Shown one piece after another: positions 38,201 to 50,300 of a DNA stretch of 64,000 nt; the first letter of the stretch is position 1; each line of letters opens with the position of its first letter. The DNA is taken from positions 72,850,001-72,914,000 of the forward strand of contig OX638150.1 of the NCBI GenBank assembly GCA_951804945.1. The letters are read 5' to 3'. The DNA is from Podarcis cretensis. Lineage: Eukaryota. The position numbers and the translations under genes were made by a program. Below the pieces are notes generated by a model. The model worked only from the letters and a program-made list of their open reading frames with translations, was not told the DNA's origin and did not search any database.

Positions 38201-39194
38201 CAAAGGCTACCATGACCAGATCAAGGAAGAATTAAAGAAGCTTTCAGAAAGAGTTGGATCTATGTAAGCCCGGGATCCAAACTTTAACAATGGAATGCTG
38301 TAAATGCTTGAGACAACATACAGTAGCTATTTGTTTTTGTTTGCTTATTTAAAAAGCTATTCCCACCAAATTTAAAATGAGAGAACGGTAGAGTTGGAAG
38401 GGACCCTGAGGGTCATCTGGACAAATTAAAACAGTAATCCAGTTACAGTTTTAAAACATACATTTCAATGTACATCTAAATAATAATGTTCTATGGTATT
38501 TATGAGGCGAATCTCAAGGGAGAATTGATTCCAGCATTAGGACTGTGTCAAAAAAGACTCTACCTGAAGCCACAAATTATGGACTAGAGAAAACAGAAGG
38601 AAAACTTATTCGTGTGACCTCAGAAACTGAAAGAACTGAATCTTTCCCTAAATAATGTAATGTTGTGCCATCTTAACTCTCCTTTTATTATCCAATAAAT
38701 GGAGATTGACTTTATCAATGCAGAAAGCTCTCTCCTTTTTCCATTGTAATCGTCTATGAGAATCCTTTTCATTCAGACAGATGCTCTTCTGCTCTCTCTA
38801 TAATTTCTCACTACTGTACACTGCACTTTTATCTCAAGCAGTAATATTTACCCACTAGCTAAAAGTAGCCCAGTCAAGCACTCTTGCTTACTTTTAAGAG
38901 AGCTGCAGCAACTGGTTAAATTCTTTGAGCAGAGCACAGGCGCCATTGTGGGGCTTTTGTTTGAAAGTATTTGCTATTAAGTCTCAGCTGTAAATATTCT
39001 GAGGCAGGTATCTTTGATAACTATTTGCTACCTTTCCGTGACATTCAAAGTCAGCTGCCTGGGGCCTAACAAACAGGTGAAGACTTTGTGCAAGAACAGG
39101 AAATTCAGAGAAGCAAGAGTGCCAGATAAGACATAGCAGACATAAAAGACCGTGATGTAAGAACCAAGGCAATGCAGGAGAACACTTTGGAAAT

Positions 39195-39392
39195 AAAAAA
39201 ATTCCTTCCAGTAGCACTTTAGAGACCAACTAAGTTTGTTATTAGCATGAGCTTTCGTGTGCATGGACACTTCTTCAGATATGAAAGCTCATACCAATAA
39301 CAAACTTAGTTGGTCTAAGGTGCTACTGGAAGGAATTTTTTTATTTTGTTTCGACTACGGCAAACCAACACGGCTACCTGCCTGTAACTAGA
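39195..39392. mobile_element. Penelope-like element end, in inverted arrangement, with a hammerhead motif
   Basis: ~65-bp inverted arms (39191-39256 and 39283-39346) containing aaacttagttggtct-aaggtgctac; flanking direct repeat ACTTTGGAAAT (39184-39194, 39393-39403). Confidence 0.7.
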
Positions 39393-40961
39393 ACTTTGGA
39401 AATTGGCCTATAACACTTTTTTTTTTTAGTTGGCAGGAAGCTGAGATGGTGGGCCCTGGGTGCCACCCATTTAGCTTTGAATCAAGCATTGCTCCTGCTT
39501 ATACTGAGTAGAAGAAAAAACAACTCAGGACAGAAGTTCCTTAAGCCAACTCAGGACACCACACTGCAGTTTCTCCATATCCTGAATATGCATTTAACGG
39601 CCTCTTAATAATAATAACTTGCCTTGTAGACATTTTTTTCATTGCTTCAGTGTTGCATCATCAAGAACTTGTTTCCATGCAAAAGGCGGAAAATATATTT
39701 ATATAATTAGCTTTCTTTATTAGGTTTAGCCACTGGAAAAAGAACCCAAGCCAGAGTAATAGGGACGTTCTTGCCAGGTCTCCACAGAACACCAAAACTG
39801 CTCCAAGAACAAGTCTGAGAGCCTCTGTTTGAGCTGCTCAGCCTCAACCTCAAAGGGACAATGGATTTCTCAGCAGATACCCTAGACATTCTCTTGCAAA
39901 CCTCTAACATAGCCATTTCTTGCAGCTCATGCATCACTCTACACCAATGATGACAGACCCCTGCTACCGTTTAAATAAGCATTTTTCTGTCATTAGAGAG
40001 AGATGAGTCAAAGGCCTGGAATATGCTTTTGCCAGAGGTTAGTGATTCTCCTTCAACTTCCTTCTGCCTCTCATTCACCCATGGGAGTGCAAACAAGTCA
40101 GAAGCTGAAGTGAATCAAGGTACTGTTTTTTTAAAATAACTCCTGGCACAAAATGGATCCTATTGGTGCATCTATATCCCCACCATCGCTGCCAATCTCC
40201 CACGTCCTATTCACCACATCAGCAAGCCAGTGCAGTTGCAATACTTCTGCAGCGCTTGGAAATATCTGGTCAGTACTTACAAGTGACCTTGCAATTCCAG
40301 CAATCTCAGTTTGAAGGTAAGGACACATCTCAGTATCCTGAGAGCAGGATTTCCTCTGCTTGTCAAAATGCTGATGGCGATGCCAGAAGAACTGAGTCAG
40401 CATTTGAGCCTCGGTTCCTTCCTGCCCCAAAGATGCAACTCTGCAGTGTTTTTCAGGATCACGAGGAGATTAAAAGGAAATGAAGTCTTCCAGAGTGTTC
40501 CTGACTATAGTTACCTACTTGGCTATAGACTCACACAAGGAATCTCAGCAGTACAGGAGCAGTGAATCCTCACTGCAGCTGGAAGGGGGGAATGGGGAAT
40601 AGTCCAGGAGAAGAAAATCACAGAATCACTCATGCAGAAAAGTTGGAGAATGGATTTATTTATTTTTTGAAGAGAGTGGGATGGGCAGGTTCAGTATTCT
40701 TCAGGATACGGCAGCACCACTTGCAGCAGGTTACCTCTGTTGCAAGGTGATCTGCAATCCTGCAAGACCCTATTCTTAATCTTGAAGGGAAATATTCCAT
40801 CTCAAAGTTAAGTGTATGAATTTGCCTATGTGGGCATTCAGGCATCAAGAGCCTATTCTGTTCACTCTTGGAAATCAAAGAGTAATGTGGGAGAGACTGG
40901 GTCTTTCATTTTTAATCCAGGAAGGTGGGTTTGGGATATGGAGCCTAGTCCTAGATATCCA

Positions 40962-41318
40962 GGGACGCAGGTGGCGCTGTGGGTTAAACTACAGAGCCTA
41001 GGACTTGCCGATCAGAAGGTCGCCGGTTCAAATCCCCGCGACAGGGTGAGCTCCCGTTGCTTGGTCCCTGCTTCTGCCAACCTAGCAGTTCAAAAGCACG
41101 TCAAAGTGCAAGTAGATAAATAGGTACCGCTCCAGCGGGAAGGTAAACGGCATTTCCGTGCGCTGCTCTGGTTTGCCAGAAGCGGCTTAGTCATGCTGGC
41201 CACATGACCTGGAAACTGTACGCTGGCTCCCTCAGCCAGTTAAGCGAGATGAGCGCCGCAACCCCAGAGTCAGTCACGACTGGACCTAATGGTCAGGGGT
41301 CCCTTTACCTTTACCTTA
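40962..41318 (+). mobile_element. Sauria SINE
   Basis: GGGACGCAGGTGGCGCTGTGG head, GGTTCAAATCC B-box, CCTTTACCTTTA tail; 12-bp TSD CCTAGATATCCA at 40950-40961 and 41319-41330. Confidence 0.88.
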
Positions 41319-44300
41319 CCTAGATATCCAACAAGGAATGAAGCATGGAATATGGTTTACATCTCTCGTTAAACTGGGATTCTACAGAGGATGTCATGCT
41401 GGGTTGCACTGAGCATGGGAAACATTGGGTTAAGGCCAACTAAAGTTTTACTACCTGAGGTGGTCCTGTCCATTAATTTTGATGGCTCTGCTCTATGACT
41501 AACACTGGATACGACTCATGATTTACAGCAGCACATCCCATTCTCTGGAGGGCTCAGAAAAAAACAAACACAGATGAGAACATTCCAGAATTTGTGCTGA
41601 CATAAAGATCCTTCTGACGCACAACAGGATGCCCAACTAGTACACCGCTGAGCACCAGCAGGTCGTGCTGCTTTATACTGAGAGGATTAAAGGCTCTAAG
41701 TCCGGTGTGGGGAACCTTTGGCCCTCCAGATATTGCTGAACTACAACTCCCTGGCTGAGGCTGATGGAAACTGCAGTTCGGCAACATACAGAGGGCCAGA
41801 GATTTCCCATTACACTTAAAAGAAACTTAAAATACAACCCTATGCCTGTTTACTCTGAAGTAAGTCACACTGGGATTCCCTAGTGAATATATTGTTCCAT
41901 GCCTCCCCCAATCTCCAAGAGCGGTGGAAGAGACTCCAGAGATTCTAGGCACTTAGCCAGGGTTCACGTTTCCTTTTGGAAACAAGGCACAGCAGAGACT
42001 GTAGTGTCTTTATGGTATATGGTTCATTTACACACCTATATAACCTGAGCCTGTGGTGGAAGGGCTCACAGCATTAACACTCCTCTAGGGTTTTGTTTCT
42101 CCCATGGCTGTGGCCTTGGATCCAAACAGAAATCTGCCATGGCTCTCTGAGGCTCTGCTCCAGTTTGCTGCGTTTTATAGACTGGCACTATTTTCTGCCA
42201 CATCCCAGCCAACTGCAATCCTAAACTCAACCCTGCTTCGTGTATCTTTCTGTGAAAGGAGGGGCTCACACCCACCTGGCACAGATTGTTTGCTTTGTTA
42301 ATCGCCCATTACCTTCCTTTGGTTATCCATAATGGCTCTTCTCCCATGCAATTTCCTGAATGGGAAACTGGTTTGGCCTGCATTTTAACACTTTGCTAAA
42401 TCCAGCATCTGGAAGTTAAGCCTCAATTAAACTCCAGTACCCACCAGAACAAGGAATTTAGGGGAGTTGAGGCATCCACAAACTCACAACAATATTTAGG
42501 GATGCAGCATCAACATATCATTTTTGGATCCAAAATATTAGAATTTTGTGTAGACATGGTGTCTCTACAGGGAAAGGAAAGAAAAAGCCTCAGGCATGGT
42601 ACCGGGCATACCTTACACTGAAGATATTGACCCCATTGGCTTGTATAGGAAGTGCTGCTGTGAAGAGCAAGACCCGGGCTGGCGTCTCAAGAACCTGGAT
42701 CAGCAGAAGAGGGAACTGGCAGCAAAGCACAGCTATCTGGAGCAGGACTGGGGTTTTGCTGCATGGTTCAAAGGCAGGTTTGTCTTCTGGGTTTGGCAGG
42801 GCAGGGGAAGGGACTGTTCCAGGAAGGGCTGAGTTAGGGATTTTCCACTAGGAGCTGGAGAAAGATTTCCTTCATATATCTCTTTTGTACATGATTTACC
42901 AGGATCCAAAGAACCACACAACTCATCCTGCACACTTGTGAGAGGCTTTCTCAAACTGCAGTGGTCCCCCTCCCCATGCCCATATCCCCTGGCAGGCAAT
43001 GTTCAAGACTGACAAGACTCTAGAAAGCAGCCTGAGATATGGCAGGAGGGTCTGCAATTCAAAGAAAGACAGGCAAAGGTCAAAAGAATTTGAGAAGAGG
43101 CCTGCTGCATCAGCCCAAAGTCTTTTATCTAGACCTTCTTCCTGTTTCTCACAGCAGACAATGGGGAGCCCGCAAGTAGATTGTGAGGGCAAGAAAACTC
43201 TTCCACAGCTATTTCCTTGCAATTGGCATTTAGAGGCATGCTGTCATTGATCCTGGAGGTATCATATAACTATCATGACTATTAGCCATTGATCATCCAT
43301 GTATTTATCTAATCCTGTGCTTGAATTACGGGGGGGGGGGGGGGAATTCCAGCCCCCTTGCCCTTCTTTGACAGCTATTGTTTTTGGAACTTGACCTGTG
43401 GGGGAGGGAGCATAATGAGGCCAAAAAAGAGGTGCATGGCTAGGTAAAAACCTGTGGATTTCATTCAGAGCTCCATACCTCCATACCCACTATATATCAA
43501 ACATATGAGTGCCGATGGGAGCCAGTTATTCCTTTACACCTTTTAAGTTCCAAGGGTTTCAACTGGGCTCTTTGGCAGGCCAGGCCTTTGGATGGCACAG
43601 CAGGCGAAGGAAGAACAGGGAGGCAGGAGGATGCAGCGCTGCAGAAAGAACATCTAGAGTGCAAGGGCAACTGCCCTACATTTGGACCGAGCTCGATGCC
43701 AGAGTATCTGAATGGCAGGACGGTTATGGGGACGGGAGTTGCATTCAGGAAAGGAAACAGCCAGTGAGTCACCCCTCCAGAAGGTTCAAGAAGGAATAGA
43801 AGGAACAGCTGTTCAAACTCAGCTCCATGCCAGCTCTGTGGGTAATGCGGAGAGACAACACTGGACAACATATACTCAAACAAGGCATGGAGCCAAAGAG
43901 TCAAAGATCTGCTGGGACAGTATCACAACACATTTATTAGGACCTACTAAATTTTAAAATGTGAAATGTAAGCTTTAGAGTTACACAAAACTTTCCCTTA
44001 ATTTTAATAAAATTCCTGAATTTTATTTTATTTTATTTTTTAAAAAAACCTTTTTTTACAGGAAGACAGAAAGCATGTTGTTAAGCCCTGGCTTTTGATT
44101 TTTTTTTGTCTGTCTTGTCTATTTTGGAGTATTTAGACTGTACCAAAAAAAATCAAAAGTTATCAAGGCAGCTTCCAATACAGTAAAATAGACAATTCTA
44201 TAGACAGCACTAGAGCGGGGCAAAGGTATATAAAAATTTCTCCTCTTAGTTCTCTGATGTTCCAGCAAGTGGCAGTCTGTAGCAGTTGAATCCAGAGGCA

Positions 44301-45439
44301 GAGCTAGCTGCTGCGGCACCCAGAGCAGTGCACATGCTGTGCACCTGGGGGGCAGGGCTAGTTGGGGGCGGTGCAACAATGTCACCCCCCCCCCAGGGAT
44401 GACACCTGGAGCAGACCTCACCCCCTTCCTCCACCAATGGTTGAATCTCCTGCCCAGAAACTGACTTGAAGCAGCCAGGTGTGTGTTAGTCCCTTGCAGG
44501 TCAGGGCTTCCTCACTGTTTTCTGTTGTCTCTTATAGACCAGCCCCTGGGCTCTGGAAGCAGGTGTTGGAGGAGCAAAGGTGTTAGATGCCTCCTCTCAG
44601 TCCTCAGAGGTTCCAACTGCTGCTGGGACAATTGAAGGTTATGGAGGAACTTACTGAACTGTGTTGTTCTCCTATGACATTCTTCTTTTATCAGCAGAAT
44701 CTCACCTGTGTGCGTCATCCAAGGCAAGCAATCGTAGACAATGACTGTGAGGACATTGTAAGGGTTGATAATTCCCTGACATTGTGGTTGGAGCAGGCAA
44801 GGCTCCCAAGAGATAATGCCCCCTTTTTTGGGAACCTATTATGCAGGTCTTCTAAGTTTCCTACTTTCCTCTGCTGCTGAAAGATTGATTCCGGCACGTA
44901 GTCAGGAAGTGACATATTTGTCTTCCCATCCACACAGGACAGGACAGCACAGAACAAAACAGAACACAAAGAAGACAAGGAAACACCCCCAACTCACTGT
45001 GCCCCCAACATCCCACCCCTCAAAACGGGTCAACAGGAAATTTTCCTATGACACTGCCTGCAAAATGCTTATCAGCTCAAAGCAAATCTCTGATCTGCCC
45101 CTAAAATGGTTTGATTTTTATTCCTTTCATCATGGTGTCCTCAACTGTGCTGAATGACCCACTACCACCCAAGAAACCCTACTTTATTTTCAAATAATTT
45201 CTTCATATAAGCAGGGATGTTTAAGTCATATGATGATGCCTTTTAAGAGGTAAATGTGTCTTTTTCTCTACCTCTTTGTAGATACCAGTCTGAATCTGAA
45301 ATGCAATTGACATCTTCCAGATATTGTTTTCCTTGTTTGTTTAATTTGCAGATCGCTTCCTGCAAATTACCCTTTTTTTGAAGCTTGGCTCTTACAAGTA
45401 GGTTGTTCAGGAAACAGTTATTAAAGAAAGACAAACCAC

Positions 45440-46220
45440 TATATAGTACTTGGAACGGATAGATTGGGATAGAAGAAAACTGGGCGCCCGCAGGTAATTT
45501 GCAGAAGCTATCAGTATATGCCAGAGCTTACTTGGTGGTGGCGAAGGCATGCTGTGCTGCCTCCATTGCATCCTCACTATGCCATTCAAGAGAGGTTTTC
45601 TGGGTAGTACTGAGCCAATTGCATTCTGGCCCAAAGGAGGTGGTAGAACCAACAGTAGCTCATTGTGACCTGTTTGCAAAACATTTTGAGGCTAAAATCA
45701 CTTGTCTCTGCCGGGACCTTGATTCCACTGTTAGAGCAGATGAGTCTCAAGAGGCGTCCAGAACACTGGCTGGTGCTGTTGTGTTGGATGAGTTCATGTT
45801 AGTAAGGCATGGACAAAGTGCTTGGCTTGGTCCGAATACCTGTGCTCTTGCCCCTCATGGCTGATAAAAACTTGCAAGGAAGATACTGCTGTGGCGGGGA
45901 GGTAGTTAATGCCTCCTTGTGATCCCTGGGGTGGTCCCTGCCTGCTTAAAGGAGGTAGTGTTTACAACCACTTCTTAAGAAACCCTCCAGCCAGTCACTA
46001 ATCTCCCCTTCTTGGGCAAGGTCCTCAGGTGGGTGGTGACAGGCCAGATCCAGACATGCTTGGATGAAACCGATTCTCTAGATCCATATTAATCTGAGTT
46101 AATGCCCTGTTTTGGCACAGAAACTGCCTTGATCACCCTGCATGATTACCTATTTCAGGAGAGAGACAAGGGAATATATCTCGATTAATTCTCCTTGATT
46201 TCTCTGTTGCTTTCGATGCA
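45440..46220 (+). mobile_element. Degenerate L2-clade LINE, pre-RT/RT region
   Basis: Fragments FAKHFEAKI, PLLKKPS, NLPFLGKVL, GTETALITL and LILLDFSVAFD match L2 ORF2 motifs; frameshifts and stops present. Confidence 0.8.
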
Positions 46221-47067
46221 GGTTTTTCAATCCCTTTACAGTCTGCTTTGCAACTCGTATGGCAACAGCTTTAAGCATATCCATCTTATTTATGACCTTT
46301 GAATCCTCGTCCTCCCCCCTCATTTTATTCTCTGAACAGCTATATGAGGCAACATAGGTTGAGAGGTAGTGACAGGATTTGAACATAGGCCTCCCTGATC
46401 CAAGAGCATCATTCTAGCCACTAAATACCAGTCGTGCCTTCAACAAGGGGCAGCGGTGGACACAGGTTGAGGCCTTGGATTTGCTAGTAGCTATTGACGT
46501 AGGTGTGATATCACACATATCCAATGAGCAAGTGCAACTTTTAGAAGTTTAAAAAACTTAGATGGTGAAGTAAAGATAGCCTGAAGAGAAGTATCAGGGA
46601 GAGTCGGGGAAGGAAGGAAATGAGCAGATGGGGAGCAGGACTGCTGCCAGGGGAACCCTGGCTTGACTTTTATTGTTCAGGGGTCATCACAGATGAAATA
46701 ACCAGAAAGGGGAAAATAATGTAAGTTGAACAAATTGGAGATTGGTTGGGAAAACAGATCTTTGCCTGGCATGTTCCAGCACTGCCCCTGCCCACCCTTC
46801 CCCTCCTGATCAGGGATGTTCCACTTCTCATTTCTTCCACTACTCTTCCTTTACAGGGTTCTGGGTTAGCTTCCAAATGCTCAATCCACATAGAGAAGTG
46901 CAGGGGAGGGGGAGGGAAGCAAAAATTAATAACCCAAGCAAGGAACTCTAGCAAGTGTGCAAACTAGGAATAGGGGCAAACTGAGCTTTTATAGTCACAT
47001 GTGTGACTATGCTTGGCAAGGTATAGTCACTTCAAAATGAGATATCTGCATTAGGCAGGACAAATTA

Positions 47068-47317
47068 CAGTTGTACCTTTGATTTTGAACAGCTTAGTTC
47101 TCAAACGTTTTGGCTCCCAAGTGTTGCAAACCCGTAAGTGACTGTTCTGGTTTGCGAACTATTTTTGGAAGCCAAATGTCCGACGGGGCTTCTGTGGCTT
47201 CTGATTGGCTGCAGGAGCTTCCTGCAGCCAATCAGAAACCGCGTTTTGGTTTCCGAACATTTTGGAAGTCGAGCAGACTTCCAGAACAGATTCCATTCAG
47301 CTTCCAAGGCGTGACTG
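47068..47317. mobile_element. Second Tc1/mariner-pogo-type MITE family
   Basis: TA|CAGTTGTACCTT...AAGGCGTGACTG|TA imperfect TIRs; internal hairpin ctgattggctgcagga...tcctgcagccaatcag at ~47201-47235. Confidence 0.65.
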
Positions 47318-50300
47318 TACTGACTCAGGCTGCCAGGCTCCTCTTGGTATTCCTGCAGCTTCAAACACTCCTGCAGGAACAGGCTCCATGGTCTTTAAAT
47401 AAACAGTGGGATCCTCAGAGTAAAAGCAAATCCCACTTTTGCAAAGTGATCTTCCTATCAGTGTCTTCAGGGTGGACTTTGGTCTTTCAAATTTCAGTGG
47501 TGCCCCGTGCAAGGCCAAAACTCAGCACCCCCAGCCCTTCACCTTCCGTTCTGCTCCATTCAAATACATCATAGTTGTGATGTCCTGCTGTTCTCCTTAG
47601 GCTCGGCATCCAGAGTGGCAGAACCAGTCGCGCTGCCCTGAATCCACTCCCCGTGTCTTGTCAGCATGCATTAAAACATATTCCTGGATTCTTAGAATCA
47701 CTGACTCAAAGAATTGTAGAGTTGGATGGGATCACAAGGGTAATCTAGTCCAACCCCCTGCGAAGCAGGGATTTTTTTGCCCAACATGGGTCTTGAACTC
47801 ACAATCCTCATGCTCTACCAATTGAGCTATCTGTGTGATGAAGAAACAGCACCTACACAGTTCGGCTTTCAATCACTCTAACTGACTTTTATGGACAAAA
47901 TTGGCTTGCCATTTCGGACAGTTAGAAGTGCAAAAGCTGCATTGGAGTGTTGAGGGACACTCAACCAGTACAGCTCACACTTCATTTGTGTCCTAAAGGG
48001 CACTCTTCCTGCAAGGGGGAAAAAAGTGTTTCAGTTGGGGGCAATCCAGTGATAGTTAACTAGCTTACCAACCATCCTTGACACAGGGACTCCACACTGT
48101 GCGCACACTGTGACTTTGTGAGCAAGAGTATACGCTGCACTTCCCTAAGGATCTCTCCCATACACAGGCTCTCCCTCTAAATACATGGCCAACACATTCA
48201 TTGCTCCATTAATACCACTCAAATAGGCTAGTCCCTGTGTGAGAGCATGGTCCAAAATATTGGCTTAATATACGCTCAGAAAAGTCATGGCTAACAGTCT
48301 CTCTGCAAAAAAAATATCTATACAACTAGCGATGAGACCATTTCCCTGAGCCATCCTTGGAAAACCAGAATAGTATACACAAAAGGGGAGCAAAATCTCA
48401 GGAGAGTTTGTAAAGGAAACAGGTGTGTGGCCCTCAAAAGGAGTCTGGAAATGTATTTGAGAAAAGACAGGAGGGGAGGAGACTTCCTGGGTTATGAGAG
48501 GTTTTTACAGTTGCTACTGAGACAGAGCAGTGGCGAGAATAAGGGATTCAGCACTGGCCGCTGCAGTAGCCAGACATTTTGGATGGGTTCCAAGAAAAAA
48601 GGATCAGAAGCACGCAGAGGCTTGGCGGGACTGACTTAAAAGGCAAGAATGGGAATGTGCACAATGCATCTGGAACAATGGCTGAAGGGCCGAAAGGTTG
48701 CGTGGGTTGGGGGAGGGTGGCTGGATGCAAGCGCCTTCTGGGTGAAAATGCCACAGAAGCAGGGGAAGTGCAGAAGGGAGAGGCTTGGGCTGGATATGAC
48801 ATGGAGAGGAAAAATAGAAGCTCAGTCACAGGAAGACCTAGCTGAACAATGAAACCCAGGAGGCAGCGGAGGCAACGCCACCCCACAGGAAAGGCAGGGT
48901 GGGGTGGGGAGTGACAGCACCCCTCCAGCGCAAGGAATGTTAAACATGATTGTTGCAGAACACTGGCCCAAGACTGAAGCCTCATTATACCAAATTCGTA
49001 ATAAATAGAGCCTCTCTGTCCAAAGAACCAAGACAAAGGGTAACAAAGTACACTCTCCAATCAGCCCAAGGGACCAGGGGCCACTGGGAGTCTGCACCCC
49101 TTGCCTCCCACAAAGAACAGAACAGCAATGGGGTGTGTTAAAGAGCAATAAAGCTTGGGGTACCCCTGCAAAAGGGGTTTACATAAACCCCACGTTTCCC
49201 AGAATACATTCCCAAAGGCATCATAAAAACATCGTGTCAGGGAAAGAAGTGTTGGTGGCAGGTAGAAATCTGAGCCTCAGACATACTGCTGTCACTCAAG
49301 GCAGTGATTAAGCATCTGTCTTTAATCTCCCAAAGAAAGCATTTTTATTTGTTATTTTTAATCAGCACCCTATATTCAATATCTATGATTTTAGGTAGCA
49401 GGGCAGGAAAAGAGCCTTCTCTGCCGAAAACCTTGAAGAGTCACAGCCAACCCAAGTAGACAAAACTGGCCTAGATGGACCATTCAACAACATAAGGCAG
49501 CTTCACTCATTCAGCACTGGCGACACCAGAAAATTGCAGCTCTCTGTGACTTCTCTAACCACATTTTATTCCTCTCCAGCTCTGCTGTTATTCTATGAAA
49601 CAGTTTAACTGTCCATAAGAACATGCTTTGTTGTGCTCGTTTCCTAATAATCTTTGCATCAATATTATAACACTATAACAACCACCACCAAACCTAAAAC
49701 AATATAACTGCCACCATCATAGTATTATTGTCCTTTCAATATAAACTCCTTTCTGGTAGCCACACAAGATCTTGTGCTAGAATCTCTGGAGCAACTTGGC
49801 CTTGATTTACCATTATCCTGAGCTATTCTATTCTCTCTTGGGTGTAGACATCCTCTCTTTTGTGATTCCACATACATGCCACCCACTCTGAAGCTTGATA
49901 GAAATGATAAGGCTCTGATGTTGACAAGTCTTTCTTTTATACCAAGCAGGGTCTATGCTAAGGGATGGAACACAGCCAGGTGAAATCCATCACGCTACTT
50001 TCAGAGTTTATCTCTGAATAGCATATGCATACTTGATTGGAGCCAACTTGGTAAGAACAGTAATCAAGTAGCTTTTCACATTACCAGGGCAGTGGTGTGT
50101 TTTTTTGGGTACAATCCATAGTTATTTGTTTTTTCATTTGCTGCACAGACTCTTCTCAAGGCTGTAAACTAGTTGTACGGTTACAGGCAACTCCCCATTT
50201 ATGTGGTGGTGATATTCCAAGGCACCGCGAGTTTAAGTGAAATTGTGTATATTAGGGTCGCCATATTTTAAACAGCTGGCATGGGCTGCCATATGTCCGG

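Larger units (their letters stand above)
36854..44880 (+). pseudogene. Candidate unidentified multi-exon gene or pseudogene on the plus strand
   Basis: AG/GT-bounded segments 36854-36904, 38066-38095, 38183-38263, 42571-42777 and 43548-43763 are all multiples of 3 and all phase 2, and they splice into one open frame. The next segment, from 44538, has an in-frame TAG followed by 97 open codons. No homologue recognised. Confidence 0.4.

Noticed and set aside
48427-49152. Purine-rich ORFs ending near an AATAAA at ~49147 as the terminal exon of the candidate gene
   Set aside because: No consistent frame or link to upstream exons could be established.
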